Of a DNA stretch of 29,401 bases, positions 17,788-25,657 are shown piece after piece. Within the stretch, counting starts at the first letter, position 1, and each line of letters begins with the position of its first letter. Source of the DNA: a virus (taxonomy: Duplodnaviria > Caudoviricetes). The notes under the pieces are model-generated. The model did no database searches. It had not been told where the DNA came from and saw nothing but the letters and a program-made list of their open reading frames with translations. A program made the position numbers and the translations under genes. The stretch is from positions 1 to 29,401 of IMG/VR virus record IMGVR_UViG_3300020045_003673; one strand, written 5' to 3'.

Positions 17788-18492
17788 ATGAAATTACTAC
17801 ACGGCGACTGCCTAGAGCTAATGGCTGAAATTCCTGACGGCTCAGTCGATATGATTTTGTGCGATTTGCCGTATGGACAAACTCAAAATAAGTGGGATTC
17901 AGTCATACCGTTTGATCCACTGTGGGCTGAGTACAAGCGTATTTGTAGTGGCGCAATTGTTCTTACATCGGCGCAGCCATTTACAAGCGCGTTGGTAATG
18001 AGTAATCCAAAAATGTTTAAGCAGTCGCTAGTTTGGAAAAAGAATGTAGCAAGCAATTTTCTAAACGCAAACAGACAGCACCTTATTAGGCATGAAGACA
18101 TTCTAATTTTTAGTGATCGTCAGTACACCTTCAATAAGCAATTCACTAATGGAAAGCCATACAATCAAAAACGATCAGGAAAAGATGATACCGGAGACAA
18201 CTACGGATCAATATCTGTTAGAACAGATACCATCAATGAAGGTCGTAGAAATCCAATAAGCGTACTTGAATTTGATAGGCAAACAGGACGACACCCCACC
18301 CAAAAGCCCGTCGCACTGATGGAGTACCTGATCCGCACATACACTAACGAAGGCGAAACCGTTTTAGACAATTGCATGGGCAGCGGAACAACTGGCGTAG
18401 CTTGCCTAAACACCAAAAGAGAATTTATCGGAATTGAGCAGGATGACAAGTATTTTGCCATTGCAAAGCATAGAATAGAAACTCACATTTAG
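17788..18492 (+). CDS. DNA amino-methyltransferase (beta class)
   Basis: CDLPY, HPTQKP, DNCMGSGTT and FIGIE motifs. Confidence 0.93.
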   Translation: MKLLHGDCLELMAEIPDGSVDMILCDLPYGQTQNKWDSVIPFDPLWAEYKRICSGAIVLTSAQPFTSALVMSNPKMFKQSLVWKKNVASNFLNANRQHLIRHEDILIFSDRQYTFNKQFTNGKPYNQKRSGKDDTGDNYGSISVRTDTINEGRRNPISVLEFDRQTGRHPTQKPVALMEYLIRTYTNEGETVLDNCMGSGTTGVACLNTKREFIGIEQDDKYFAIAKHRIETHI

Positions 18493-18522
18493 ATTTTCAA
18501 CAATCAACAAAAAGGACAAACA

Positions 18523-19515
18523 ATGTCACAAGACATTCAGGAGCTAATCGACGCTCACCATGAAGCCAACCAAGAAGGACCACGCGGCCACATGGGATGC
18601 TCACAACTAGGCCATGCGTGTGACCGATACCTTTGGTTTTCTTTTCGCTTTGCCGTTATTGAAAAGTTCCCCGGTCGCATTTTGCGCCTTTTTCGCCGTG
18701 GCCAGCTAGAGGAGCGGACTGTTGTTTCAGACCTTCAAAACATCGGAATGAAGATCGTAAGCACTGGCACTAATCAAAGCCGTGTTGACTTTGGATGCCA
18801 TGTATCAGGGTCTATTGATGGCATTATCGAATCAGGCGTGCCGGGTAACTCCAAAGAAAAACACATCTTAGAGATTAAGACGGCCAGCTTAAAGAAGTTT
18901 AAGGCCATGCAAAAAGACGGACTGCAAAAGGCTAACCCGACATATTGGAGCCAAGTACACCTTTATATGAGTGGAAAACAGATCAATCATGCGCTGTTTG
19001 TGATGGTATGCAAGGACAATGACGAGCTATACATAGAGCAAGTGCCATTTAACGCTGACGTGGCTGAAAAGGCCATTAAACGCGGCCATCGTATCGTTAA
19101 AGCAGACCGGGCACCGGCTGGAATTAGCACGGACGAAACGTGGTTCGAGTGTCGTTATTGCAGTGCGCACGACCTATGCCACGGATCTAAGCTCACAAAA
19201 GAAGTGAACTGCCGCACCTGCGCTAATAGCACCGCATTAAATGATGGCACTTGGGATTGTCAGCACTGGGATATGACAATACCAGACCTGAATGCACAGC
19301 TAACAGGTTGCGACAACCATGTTTTACACCCAGACATGACGCCTAACTGGGAGCATTCACCGGCTGATACTGGCACAATCTGGCTAACCAAAGAAGGCCC
19401 GATACACAACGCACCAGAGGGCTATTTAAGCCGTGAGATTGTGGCAAATTGGAAAGCGTGCGCGAGTGTCGTGCGTGAGAAGTTTAGTGAGTTTGATGCT
19501 AGGGTTGTTGGGTAA
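18523..19515 (+). CDS. Cas4-like PD-(D/E)XK exonuclease
   Basis: SIDG...LEIKT, QVHLYM; N-terminal Cys plus CRYC-x5-C (Fe-S ligand pattern). Confidence 0.85.
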   Translation: MSQDIQELIDAHHEANQEGPRGHMGCSQLGHACDRYLWFSFRFAVIEKFPGRILRLFRRGQLEERTVVSDLQNIGMKIVSTGTNQSRVDFGCHVSGSIDGIIESGVPGNSKEKHILEIKTASLKKFKAMQKDGLQKANPTYWSQVHLYMSGKQINHALFVMVCKDNDELYIEQVPFNADVAEKAIKRGHRIVKADRAPAGISTDETWFECRYCSAHDLCHGSKLTKEVNCRTCANSTALNDGTWDCQHWDMTIPDLNAQLTGCDNHVLHPDMTPNWEHSPADTGTIWLTKEGPIHNAPEGYLSREIVANWKACASVVREKFSEFDARVVG

Positions 19516-19526
19516 TGTGCTACAAT
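19516..19526 (+). promoter_or_regulatory. phage promoter motif TGTGCTACAAT
   Basis: Followed by CATCAACATCAAAGGA and ATG 19552. Confidence 0.65.
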
Positions 19527-19551
19527 GCACCATCAACATCAAAGGACAATC

Positions 19552-19890
19552 ATGCAAAATACATACGATTTTATTTCAAGTAGGAATGCTGAGATTGTAA
19601 ATCTTAGAAATTCAGGATTGACACTTAAATCCGCAGGTCAGAAATTTGGATTAAGTGGAGCTAGTGTTTTCACAATAATGGCTAAGCACAAAAGGAAGAA
19701 AGAAGTTTCAAAAACAATTTTTGATTCATTATCAACAGGATTAAGAAATTCACTTCTTAGATCAAAGTTATGCAAAACAAAAAAAGATGTTATTGCATTA
19801 ATTGAGTCAGGAGAAATTAAAAAACTTCACTGCATTGGTTCTGTTAGGATTGAAGAGGTAACAAAATGGGCTTATTCTGATGCTGCGTGA
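19552..19890 (+). CDS. HTH protein with an RNA polymerase alphaCTD-like C-terminal domain
   Basis: RNAEIVNLR..GLTLKSAGQKFGLS HTH; LSTGLRNSL...KLHCIG..RIEEV resembles alphaCTD. Confidence 0.6.
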   Translation: MQNTYDFISSRNAEIVNLRNSGLTLKSAGQKFGLSGASVFTIMAKHKRKKEVSKTIFDSLSTGLRNSLLRSKLCKTKKDVIALIESGEIKKLHCIGSVRIEEVTKWAYSDAA

Positions 19891-21499
19891 ATACCAACAA
19901 CGCAGCATTGATATGCTCTACGAATGGTTTTCAGCCGGTAACGCTGGAAACCCTTGCTTAGTCCTGCCAACCGGGGCGGGTAAGTCACACATCATTGCCG
20001 CACTGGTGAAAGATGCCATCCAATCATGGCCAGGCACGCGGGTTTTGATGTTGACGCACTCCAAGGAATTAATCAGCCAGAACGCTGAAAAAATGCGCCA
20101 GCACTGGCCAAATGCTCCAATGGGCATCTATTCTGCAAGCCTTAAACGGTATTGCTTAACAGAGCCAATTGTTTTCGCAGGCGTGCAAAGCGTAGCCAAG
20201 CGAGGCAAGCAAATAGGCCATATAGACCTGTTAATTGTGGATGAATGCCATTCAATCAGTCCAACAGAAAACGGCACCTATCGCCGTTTAATCGCTGATC
20301 TGTTAGAGGTTAACCCTGATATGCGGGTCATCGGTTTGACGGCAAGCCCGTACCGTTTAGGGCATGGAATGATCCATGAAGGCGATGAAGTTATTTTCTC
20401 TGACTTGATTGAACCCGTTTCAATTCTGGAGCTTATCGAGAGTGGCTACCTTGCACCACTGAGAAGCAAGCACACATCAATGACGCTATCAACCGAAGGC
20501 GTGAAAAAGTCAGGCGGCGAGTTTATCGGACGGTCGCTAGAGGTTGCCATGAATACCAATGACAACAACGTCAAGGCCATTTTAGAGACGATAGAACGCG
20601 CCAAAGATCGTAAAAGCTGGATTGTGTTTTGTGCCGGGGTGCAGCATAGCGAAGACGTGCGAGACATGCTGAGAGAGCATGGCATAAGCTCCGAATCAGT
20701 AACAGGCAACACACCAAGCGCGGAACGTGACCGGATCTTAAAAGACTTCAAAGCCGGTAAAATTCAGGCAGTCACTAACATGGGGATTTTGACCACTGGT
20801 TTTGATGCACCATGTATCGACTGTATCGTTTTCTTGCGTCCAACACTATCACCTGGACTCTATTACCAAATGGCGGGTCGTGGTTTGCGAATCTACGAAG
20901 GAAAGATCGACTGCATGGTTCTAGACTTTGCCGGAAATGTAGCTCAACACGGCCCTATAACCCAGATCACACCACCAAAGCGAGGCGGTAAAGGCTCAGG
21001 AGTAGCACCGACAAAGACATGCCCCAACTGTGACGAGCTATGCCATGCAAGCGTAAGGCAATGTGACGCGTGCGGCCACCAGTTCCCGCCATCAGAGGAA
21101 AAGCCGAAAGAGGTTTACTTGCGCGGGGAATGCATCATGGGTATAGAGCTTGAGGAAATGCAGGTAACTAGCTGGCAATGGAAAAAGCACACAAGCCGCA
21201 CCAGTGGATTAGATATGCTTCAAGTCCGGTATTATGGTGGATTGTCAACCCCTGCGATTGTGGAATATCACGCAGTCAACCATACAAACTACGCCGGGAT
21301 AAAAGCAAGGCAAACGGTTGCAGACATGGCTAAACGGGCGGGCGTAACGGTCAGCGAAGACCTAGATCAATGCGCCTTTGACCTTACCAACGGTAAACCA
21401 CCAACAATGATAAGCCACAAGAAAAACGGTAGATTTTTTAACGTGATTGATAGAGTTTGGTCTAACTGTGCTACAGTAGAAACAACACAAAAGGATTAA
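19880..21499 (+). CDS. SF2 DEAD/DEAH helicase with Zn finger (RadD/YejH-like)
   Basis: PTGAGKS, DECH, TASP, TTGFDAP, QMAGRGLR, CPNC...CDAC. Confidence 0.92.
   Translation: MLREYQQRSIDMLYEWFSAGNAGNPCLVLPTGAGKSHIIAALVKDAIQSWPGTRVLMLTHSKELISQNAEKMRQHWPNAPMGIYSASLKRYCLTEPIVFAGVQSVAKRGKQIGHIDLLIVDECHSISPTENGTYRRLIADLLEVNPDMRVIGLTASPYRLGHGMIHEGDEVIFSDLIEPVSILELIESGYLAPLRSKHTSMTLSTEGVKKSGGEFIGRSLEVAMNTNDNNVKAILETIERAKDRKSWIVFCAGVQHSEDVRDMLREHGISSESVTGNTPSAERDRILKDFKAGKIQAVTNMGILTTGFDAPCIDCIVFLRPTLSPGLYYQMAGRGLRIYEGKIDCMVLDFAGNVAQHGPITQITPPKRGGKGSGVAPTKTCPNCDELCHASVRQCDACGHQFPPSEEKPKEVYLRGECIMGIELEEMQVTSWQWKKHTSRTSGLDMLQVRYYGGLSTPAIVEYHAVNHTNYAGIKARQTVADMAKRAGVTVSEDLDQCAFDLTNGKPPTMISHKKNGRFFNVIDRVWSNCATVETTQKD
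21467..21477 (+). promoter_or_regulatory. phage promoter motif TGTGCTACAGT
   Basis: Inside the helicase 3' end, upstream of AAGGA and ATG 21502. Confidence 0.55.
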
Positions 21500-21501
21500 A
21501 A

Positions 21502-21636
21502 ATGGCCGATCTAATTTGCTATTTTGACAGATCGTTTGGATGGGTTTTGTATTCGGTTGATATTGATGGTAATCAATTGTGGGATGCTCAATATTTTCCA
21601 AATAAAAAAGCCATGAAAGCTCAGTTATGCGCGTAA
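21502..21636 (+). CDS. hypothetical 44-aa protein
   Basis: Manual translation MADLICYFDRSFGWVLYSVDIDGNQLWDAQYF...; AAGGA RBS. Confidence 0.65.
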   Translation: MADLICYFDRSFGWVLYSVDIDGNQLWDAQYFPNKKAMKAQLCA

Positions 21637-22286
21637 TCTCACTGGATAAAAATTCATGTGAGTTGTTTGTAAAAACAAAGCATTACAGCCGACGAGCGTC
21701 TATTTTTTGGGCTGGGTTTGGACTTGTTGAAAATGACAAAATAGTGGGAGTTGCAGTTTATGGACAGCCGTCACCACCAATACAAAAACACGCTTTTAAG
21801 GATAGGGATTTTCGCTTGTATGAATTGGCACGGGTAGTAGTTCAAAGCACTACTAAAAACGCAGCAAGTTTTTTAGTAGGTAACAGCCTAAAAATGCTAG
21901 AGCCAAAGCCGTGCGCAGTTGTTAGTTATGCCGATATGGAGCAAAACCATTGTGGCATTATTTACCAAGCTACAAACTGGATTTATACGGGTGCAACAAA
22001 AAGCCATGACAAAGCATACATTGTGGATGGCGTAAGAACTCACCCAATGACCTTGCGCGATAGAGGCATAACAGACCCCACACGCTGGGCCAAAGAAAAC
22101 AATATAACTATGGTTTCACCAATGGAAAAACACCGATATTTTCAGTTTGTTGGCTCAAGAATTGACAAGAAAAACATGCTTGCAAAACTTGCATATCTAG
22201 TCATTAACGCATATCCAAAGTGCGAAAAACTACGGTATGACGATGGCCCAGTGATTGATATGAATACAGAAAGAAGTTTATTTTGA
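21627..22286 (+). CDS. Mom-like (GNAT-fold) DNA adenine modification protein
   Basis: KHYS, VGVAVYG, YELAR, NAASF and VSYAD..Q.H.G.IYQATNWIYTG family motifs. Confidence 0.85.
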   Translation: MRVISLDKNSCELFVKTKHYSRRASIFWAGFGLVENDKIVGVAVYGQPSPPIQKHAFKDRDFRLYELARVVVQSTTKNAASFLVGNSLKMLEPKPCAVVSYADMEQNHCGIIYQATNWIYTGATKSHDKAYIVDGVRTHPMTLRDRGITDPTRWAKENNITMVSPMEKHRYFQFVGSRIDKKNMLAKLAYLVINAYPKCEKLRYDDGPVIDMNTERSLF

Positions 22287-22453
22287 TGACCAAAAAAGAA
22301 AAACTGCAACTTGACACGCTGAAAGCGCAGTTAGAGGCTGAAAAAGAAAAATCAGAAAAAGCGTTTGACGCCTATGGCCATGCACTTTACGAGCTAGTAG
22401 ATTGCAAGATCAAGCTATCACGCATTGAAGCCGTTATGCGAGGTGAAGAGTGA
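22286..22453 (+). CDS. hypothetical 55-aa coiled-coil protein
   Basis: Manual translation MTKKEKLQLDTLKAQLEAEKEK...; overlaps both neighbours. Confidence 0.65.
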   Translation: MTKKEKLQLDTLKAQLEAEKEKSEKAFDAYGHALYELVDCKIKLSRIEAVMRGEE

Positions 22454-22776
22454 CTAACGCACGAGCCAAAGGGCGCAAAGGCCAGCGCGAAGCAAATGAA
22501 TTATTGACTAACTTGGATTGGAGTGTGGCAGAACTTAACGCTGGCACGGCAGTTGAAGATTTTATCGCCGTAGACCCGGATGGTAAAAGCTGGAGCGTAG
22601 AAGTAAAGAACACCGTATCAATTACCGCCGCACACCGAAAGCAAGCTCAGACTCAAGCTAAGAAAAGGCGTTTGCCGTGGCTTCTAATCAACAAAATAGC
22701 AGGGACTAGCTCATGGCTAATACAGCGCCAAGGATTACGGCCTAGCGTGTGGCATGAGAAAAAAGAGGATGAATAA
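22450..22776 (+). CDS. Holliday junction resolvase-like PD-(D/E)XK nuclease
   Basis: RAKGRKGQRE...EDF...VEVK. Confidence 0.75.
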   Translation: MTNARAKGRKGQREANELLTNLDWSVAELNAGTAVEDFIAVDPDGKSWSVEVKNTVSITAAHRKQAQTQAKKRRLPWLLINKIAGTSSWLIQRQGLRPSVWHEKKEDE

Positions 22777-22805
22777 TTAAACAATGTAGCGCAAAGCCTT
22801 GAAAC

Positions 22806-22816
22806 TGAGCTACACT
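22806..22816 (+). promoter_or_regulatory. phage promoter motif TGAGCTACACT
   Basis: Followed by CATCAACAAC and ATG 22845. Confidence 0.6.
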
Positions 22817-22844
22817 AACAGCATCAACAACACGAAAGACTGAG

Positions 22845-23054
22845 ATGGAAAACGTCCTAATCCCAAACTTTACAAATATGGATTTTGTAACTGTAGCGAC
22901 TACAGTTCATAACTCACCAACAATCGGAAAGATTGTGAGCATTAATCAAAACGTTGGTTCAATGCATTTTTTGCACTCAATGACGCCACAGCAAGCCCGC
23001 GACATGGCTACAGCCTTGACTAACGCGGCTAACCAACTGGAGATGATGCTTTGA
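22845..23054 (+). CDS. hypothetical protein
   Basis: C-terminal MTPQQARDMATAL..AA motif. Confidence 0.7.
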   Translation: MENVLIPNFTNMDFVTVATTVHNSPTIGKIVSINQNVGSMHFLHSMTPQQARDMATALTNAANQLEMML

Positions 23055-23290
23055 ACTACACATACATTTTTGACGGTGGCGAGCTTGAGTGTGAGCTTGA
23101 ATACAACGAAGCCGAGCGCGGAAGTTGTGAGCGTGGCACTGGTTTGCAGTTGGAGCCAGATCATCCTGAATTTTGCACACTTGAAACTGCCAAGCTCAAC
23201 GGCGTTGACATTGCTGAAATGCTATCGACTGAAGTGGTTGACTTTATCGAGATGATGGCACTTGAACAAACAGAGGATTATGATGAATGA
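23051..23290 (+). CDS. hypothetical acidic protein
   Basis: TTG start with GGAG RBS, overlapping the upstream stop. Confidence 0.7.
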   Translation: MNYTYIFDGGELECELEYNEAERGSCERGTGLQLEPDHPEFCTLETAKLNGVDIAEMLSTEVVDFIEMMALEQTEDYDE

Positions 23291-23483
23291 CAAAGAACAA
23301 TACTTGGAAGCTTTGCGCGTGCGACTTGAAGCAGAAGAGTTTTTAAACAAAAACCGCTGTTTTGATTGCGATAACCTCGACAAAATCAATGGAAACGTCT
23401 GTGTTTTCAACGGCTCAGTTCCTGACGACTATCTTTACACTCCAAATGAGTGCGATCAATATCACTTTTTAATCCCATTTTAA
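23280..23483 (+). CDS. small Cys-rich protein ending in IPF
   Basis: GAGG RBS; CFDC...C...C pattern. Confidence 0.7.
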   Translation: MMNDKEQYLEALRVRLEAEEFLNKNRCFDCDNLDKINGNVCVFNGSVPDDYLYTPNECDQYHFLIPF

Positions 23484-23485
23484 TC

Positions 23486-23671
23486 ATGGCAAAGAGAAAC
23501 GACACTGACGCCCGTAGGATTTTTGACAAAAGCATCATGCCTACGTTGATTAAACTGCGTGAACAAGGGCGAACCTACCATGCCATAGCCGAGGCTTTAG
23601 GCGTTGGATACACCACTGTTTATCGTGCTGTTAACAAAATTGAGTCGTATAAAGAGCATAAAACGGCTTAA
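23486..23671 (+). CDS. small HTH DNA-binding protein
   Basis: GRTYHAIAEALGVGYTTVYR. Confidence 0.78.
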   Translation: MAKRNDTDARRIFDKSIMPTLIKLREQGRTYHAIAEALGVGYTTVYRAVNKIESYKEHKTA

Positions 23672-23684
23672 AAAGGAAAATGAA

Positions 23685-24116
23685 ATGAAAGCAACAATTG
23701 AAGCGATGAAGCAGGCTGCGAAAGGTTGTGGCGACTGTTTTCTACAGGACTGCGACTGGCCGAGTTGCGTACCGAAAGTGAAAGAAGCCATCGACCACGA
23801 GGAAGCGCAGAGCGTTGAGTCTGACACCTTTTCTGATCTTCGCTTTATACAGCGGGTGCTTGAAAGTCCGTCAACGATTGAAGACAAAAAATACGCGCTT
23901 GAGAAAGTGCGGGCTGTTCGCAAAAGTTGGCATAAAGCGCAGAGAGTGGAGCCTGTTACCTTCCGAAAGATATCAGTAACCGGGACAAAGGCTGAGCTAC
24001 TGGCAAGACTTGGTGATGGCAGTGGTCTGTCAAAAGACAACACGCTGAAAGACATAAAGTCTGAGATCAAGCTGAGAAATAGTTGGGGATACCACCATGC
24101 ACCTGAACAAAAATAA
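23685..24116 (+). CDS. hypothetical mosaic protein
   Basis: AAGGA RBS; MKATIEAMKQA start. Confidence 0.68.
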   Translation: MKATIEAMKQAAKGCGDCFLQDCDWPSCVPKVKEAIDHEEAQSVESDTFSDLRFIQRVLESPSTIEDKKYALEKVRAVRKSWHKAQRVEPVTFRKISVTGTKAELLARLGDGSGLSKDNTLKDIKSEIKLRNSWGYHHAPEQK

Positions 24117-24157
24117 ACCAAACCAGTTACTATAATTATTCGAGTAACTGAATCTGA

Positions 24158-24168
24158 TGTGCTACACT
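24158..24168 (+). promoter_or_regulatory. phage promoter motif TGTGCTACACT
   Basis: Followed by CATCAACAAC, AAGG and ATG 24199. Confidence 0.65.
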
Positions 24169-24198
24169 AAACCATCAACAACAAACTAAGGTATAAAA

Positions 24199-24375
24199 AT
24201 GGAAACAACCCGCAAATTCTCACGCTCGCTTGACGAAGCATTTCCTAAAACGGTAAACTACGCATCGTCAATCACATCATACAAGCGTCTTCAATACGAG
24301 AAACTAGCTGACGTAATGCTGGCAGTTTCAATCGGTATCGGCTTGGCTTATGCTGCACTGGAGTATTTCCTGTGA
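24199..24375 (+). CDS. small membrane protein (58 aa)
   Basis: Manual translation METTRKFSRSLDEAF...VMLAVSIGIGLAYAALEYFL. Confidence 0.7.
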   Translation: METTRKFSRSLDEAFPKTVNYASSITSYKRLQYEKLADVMLAVSIGIGLAYAALEYFL

Positions 24376-24545
24376 GTAAAGGCGCTACACAAAAATATCC
24401 AACACTTCGCGTTCGAGTGACTCAAGAGCAGCACGACAAGGCATACCGACTTGGATGGCCATCAATCGCCAAAGACTTTATCAACAACACAAAGGAACCT
24501 AAAAATGGCAACCAAAAAGAAAACACCACCACAAACGCTAAATAA
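24372..24545 (+). CDS. possible ribbon-helix-helix protein
   Basis: GTG start with GGAG RBS; TLRVRVTQEQHDKAYRLG fits a strand-then-helix pattern. Confidence 0.5.
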   Translation: MSKGATQKYPTLRVRVTQEQHDKAYRLGWPSIAKDFINNTKEPKNGNQKENTTTNAK

Positions 24546-24714
24546 AATGGATGGCGTCTATGATGGCAAAGAGCTTAAGCGCTGGGATGGTCGGCCTAAC
24601 TCAATGGACGCTTACGATAAACCAAGCATCGTTAATGGCGTGCGAATTGCTCACCGGCCAATGGTCAGCATGACAAGCAAGGCGCGTACACCTTACGACT
24701 ATTTTAAGGCTTGA
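24505..24714 (+). CDS. hypothetical protein
   Basis: AAGGA RBS; YDGKEL...RPNSMDAY..PS motif. Confidence 0.7.
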   Translation: MATKKKTPPQTLNKMDGVYDGKELKRWDGRPNSMDAYDKPSIVNGVRIAHRPMVSMTSKARTPYDYFKA

Positions 24715-24715
24715 T

Positions 24716-25189
24716 ATGCGTAAATCATGCAAGCGCAAGCACTGGAATACATCGCCGGGATTCAGCGCCGTAGCCCATGCAATTAATGGAGCTTGCGTTA
24801 TTGACGACCAAATCCTGCAAGACATTCGCATCCGTGAGTTGTCAGCCATCCAGTCAATGCAAGACCATTCAGCGACTGAACAGGACTTGTATGACATTCT
24901 TGCATTGCATTCGATGGCCGTCGTGATGGCTGAAAATGGTATCGGTAAGTTTGAAGTCATGCCGGTATGTACGCAGGCAAAAACAGCCATTGCAAACCTG
25001 ATTAAACGGGTTGAAAAGTGGGGTAAGTTTGACGCACGAGAGAGTGAAATAACCATCTTGCGTGAGCTTTGGGACTGGCATGATGCACAGAGAAAAAGCA
25101 TCCCGCGAAGTGACTATGACAAGTATCTGAAGATGGCTATCAACAAGCAAAAGAACAAACGCTCAGAGTTTGTGATGATGGATGCTTAG
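24716..25189 (+). CDS. hypothetical protein
   Basis: 157-aa ORF with basic N-terminus MRKSCKRKHW. Confidence 0.75.
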   Translation: MRKSCKRKHWNTSPGFSAVAHAINGACVIDDQILQDIRIRELSAIQSMQDHSATEQDLYDILALHSMAVVMAENGIGKFEVMPVCTQAKTAIANLIKRVEKWGKFDARESEITILRELWDWHDAQRKSIPRSDYDKYLKMAINKQKNKRSEFVMMDA

Positions 25190-25358
25190 GTGTTTTAAGT
25201 GTGGAAAGCCTCTTAAATCAGGCGGAAAACACTTTTATTTAGACGGCAAGGCCATTGGGCCAACTTGCTATGATGAACTGAAAAACAAGGCTTACAAGCC
25301 TCATAACTCGCAAGCCATCGCGAACGATCAACCAGACTTATTTAAGGAAATGAAATGA
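25182..25358 (+). CDS. small Zn-finger protein with a QPDLF tail
   Basis: Manual translation MLRCFKCGKPL...IGPTCY...DQPDLFKEMK; ATGA overlap with the MazG-like gene. Confidence 0.7.
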   Translation: MLRCFKCGKPLKSGGKHFYLDGKAIGPTCYDELKNKAYKPHNSQAIANDQPDLFKEMK

Positions 25359-25657
25359 CATTTGAAACACTAGAAGCCCAAGTTATTAATTGGGCCAAAG
25401 ATCGTAAGATCATCCCAAATGCCACAAGCCAAACCCAGCTTTTGAAGACTGTTTCAGAGCTTGGTGAACTGGCTGATGCACTAATCAAAGGCGACCGAGA
25501 AGGCGTGATTGATGGCCTTGGTGACGTGTTGGTGACGCTGATTATTGTTGCTGAAAAGGAAGAACTGGACTTGGTTACTTGCTTGAATTCAGCCTACCAA
25601 GAGATCAAGGACCGCAAGGGGACTTTGATGCCTAATGGTTGTTTTGTGAAGGAGTGA
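25355..25657 (+). CDS. MazG-like nucleotide pyrophosphohydrolase
   Basis: SELGEL...DGLGDVLVTL...AYQEIKDRKG. Confidence 0.88.
   Translation: MTFETLEAQVINWAKDRKIIPNATSQTQLLKTVSELGELADALIKGDREGVIDGLGDVLVTLIIVAEKEELDLVTCLNSAYQEIKDRKGTLMPNGCFVKE

Noticed and set aside
14545-18492. Bacterial DISARM, BREX or type III RM defence island
   Set aside because: Companion genes (PLD, DUF1998, PglZ, Res nuclease domain) are absent and the context is a phage early region.
18523-19515. Cas4-like gene as evidence of a CRISPR system
   Set aside because: No repeat-spacer array or other cas genes; it sits in an ordinary Sak4/SSB recombination module.
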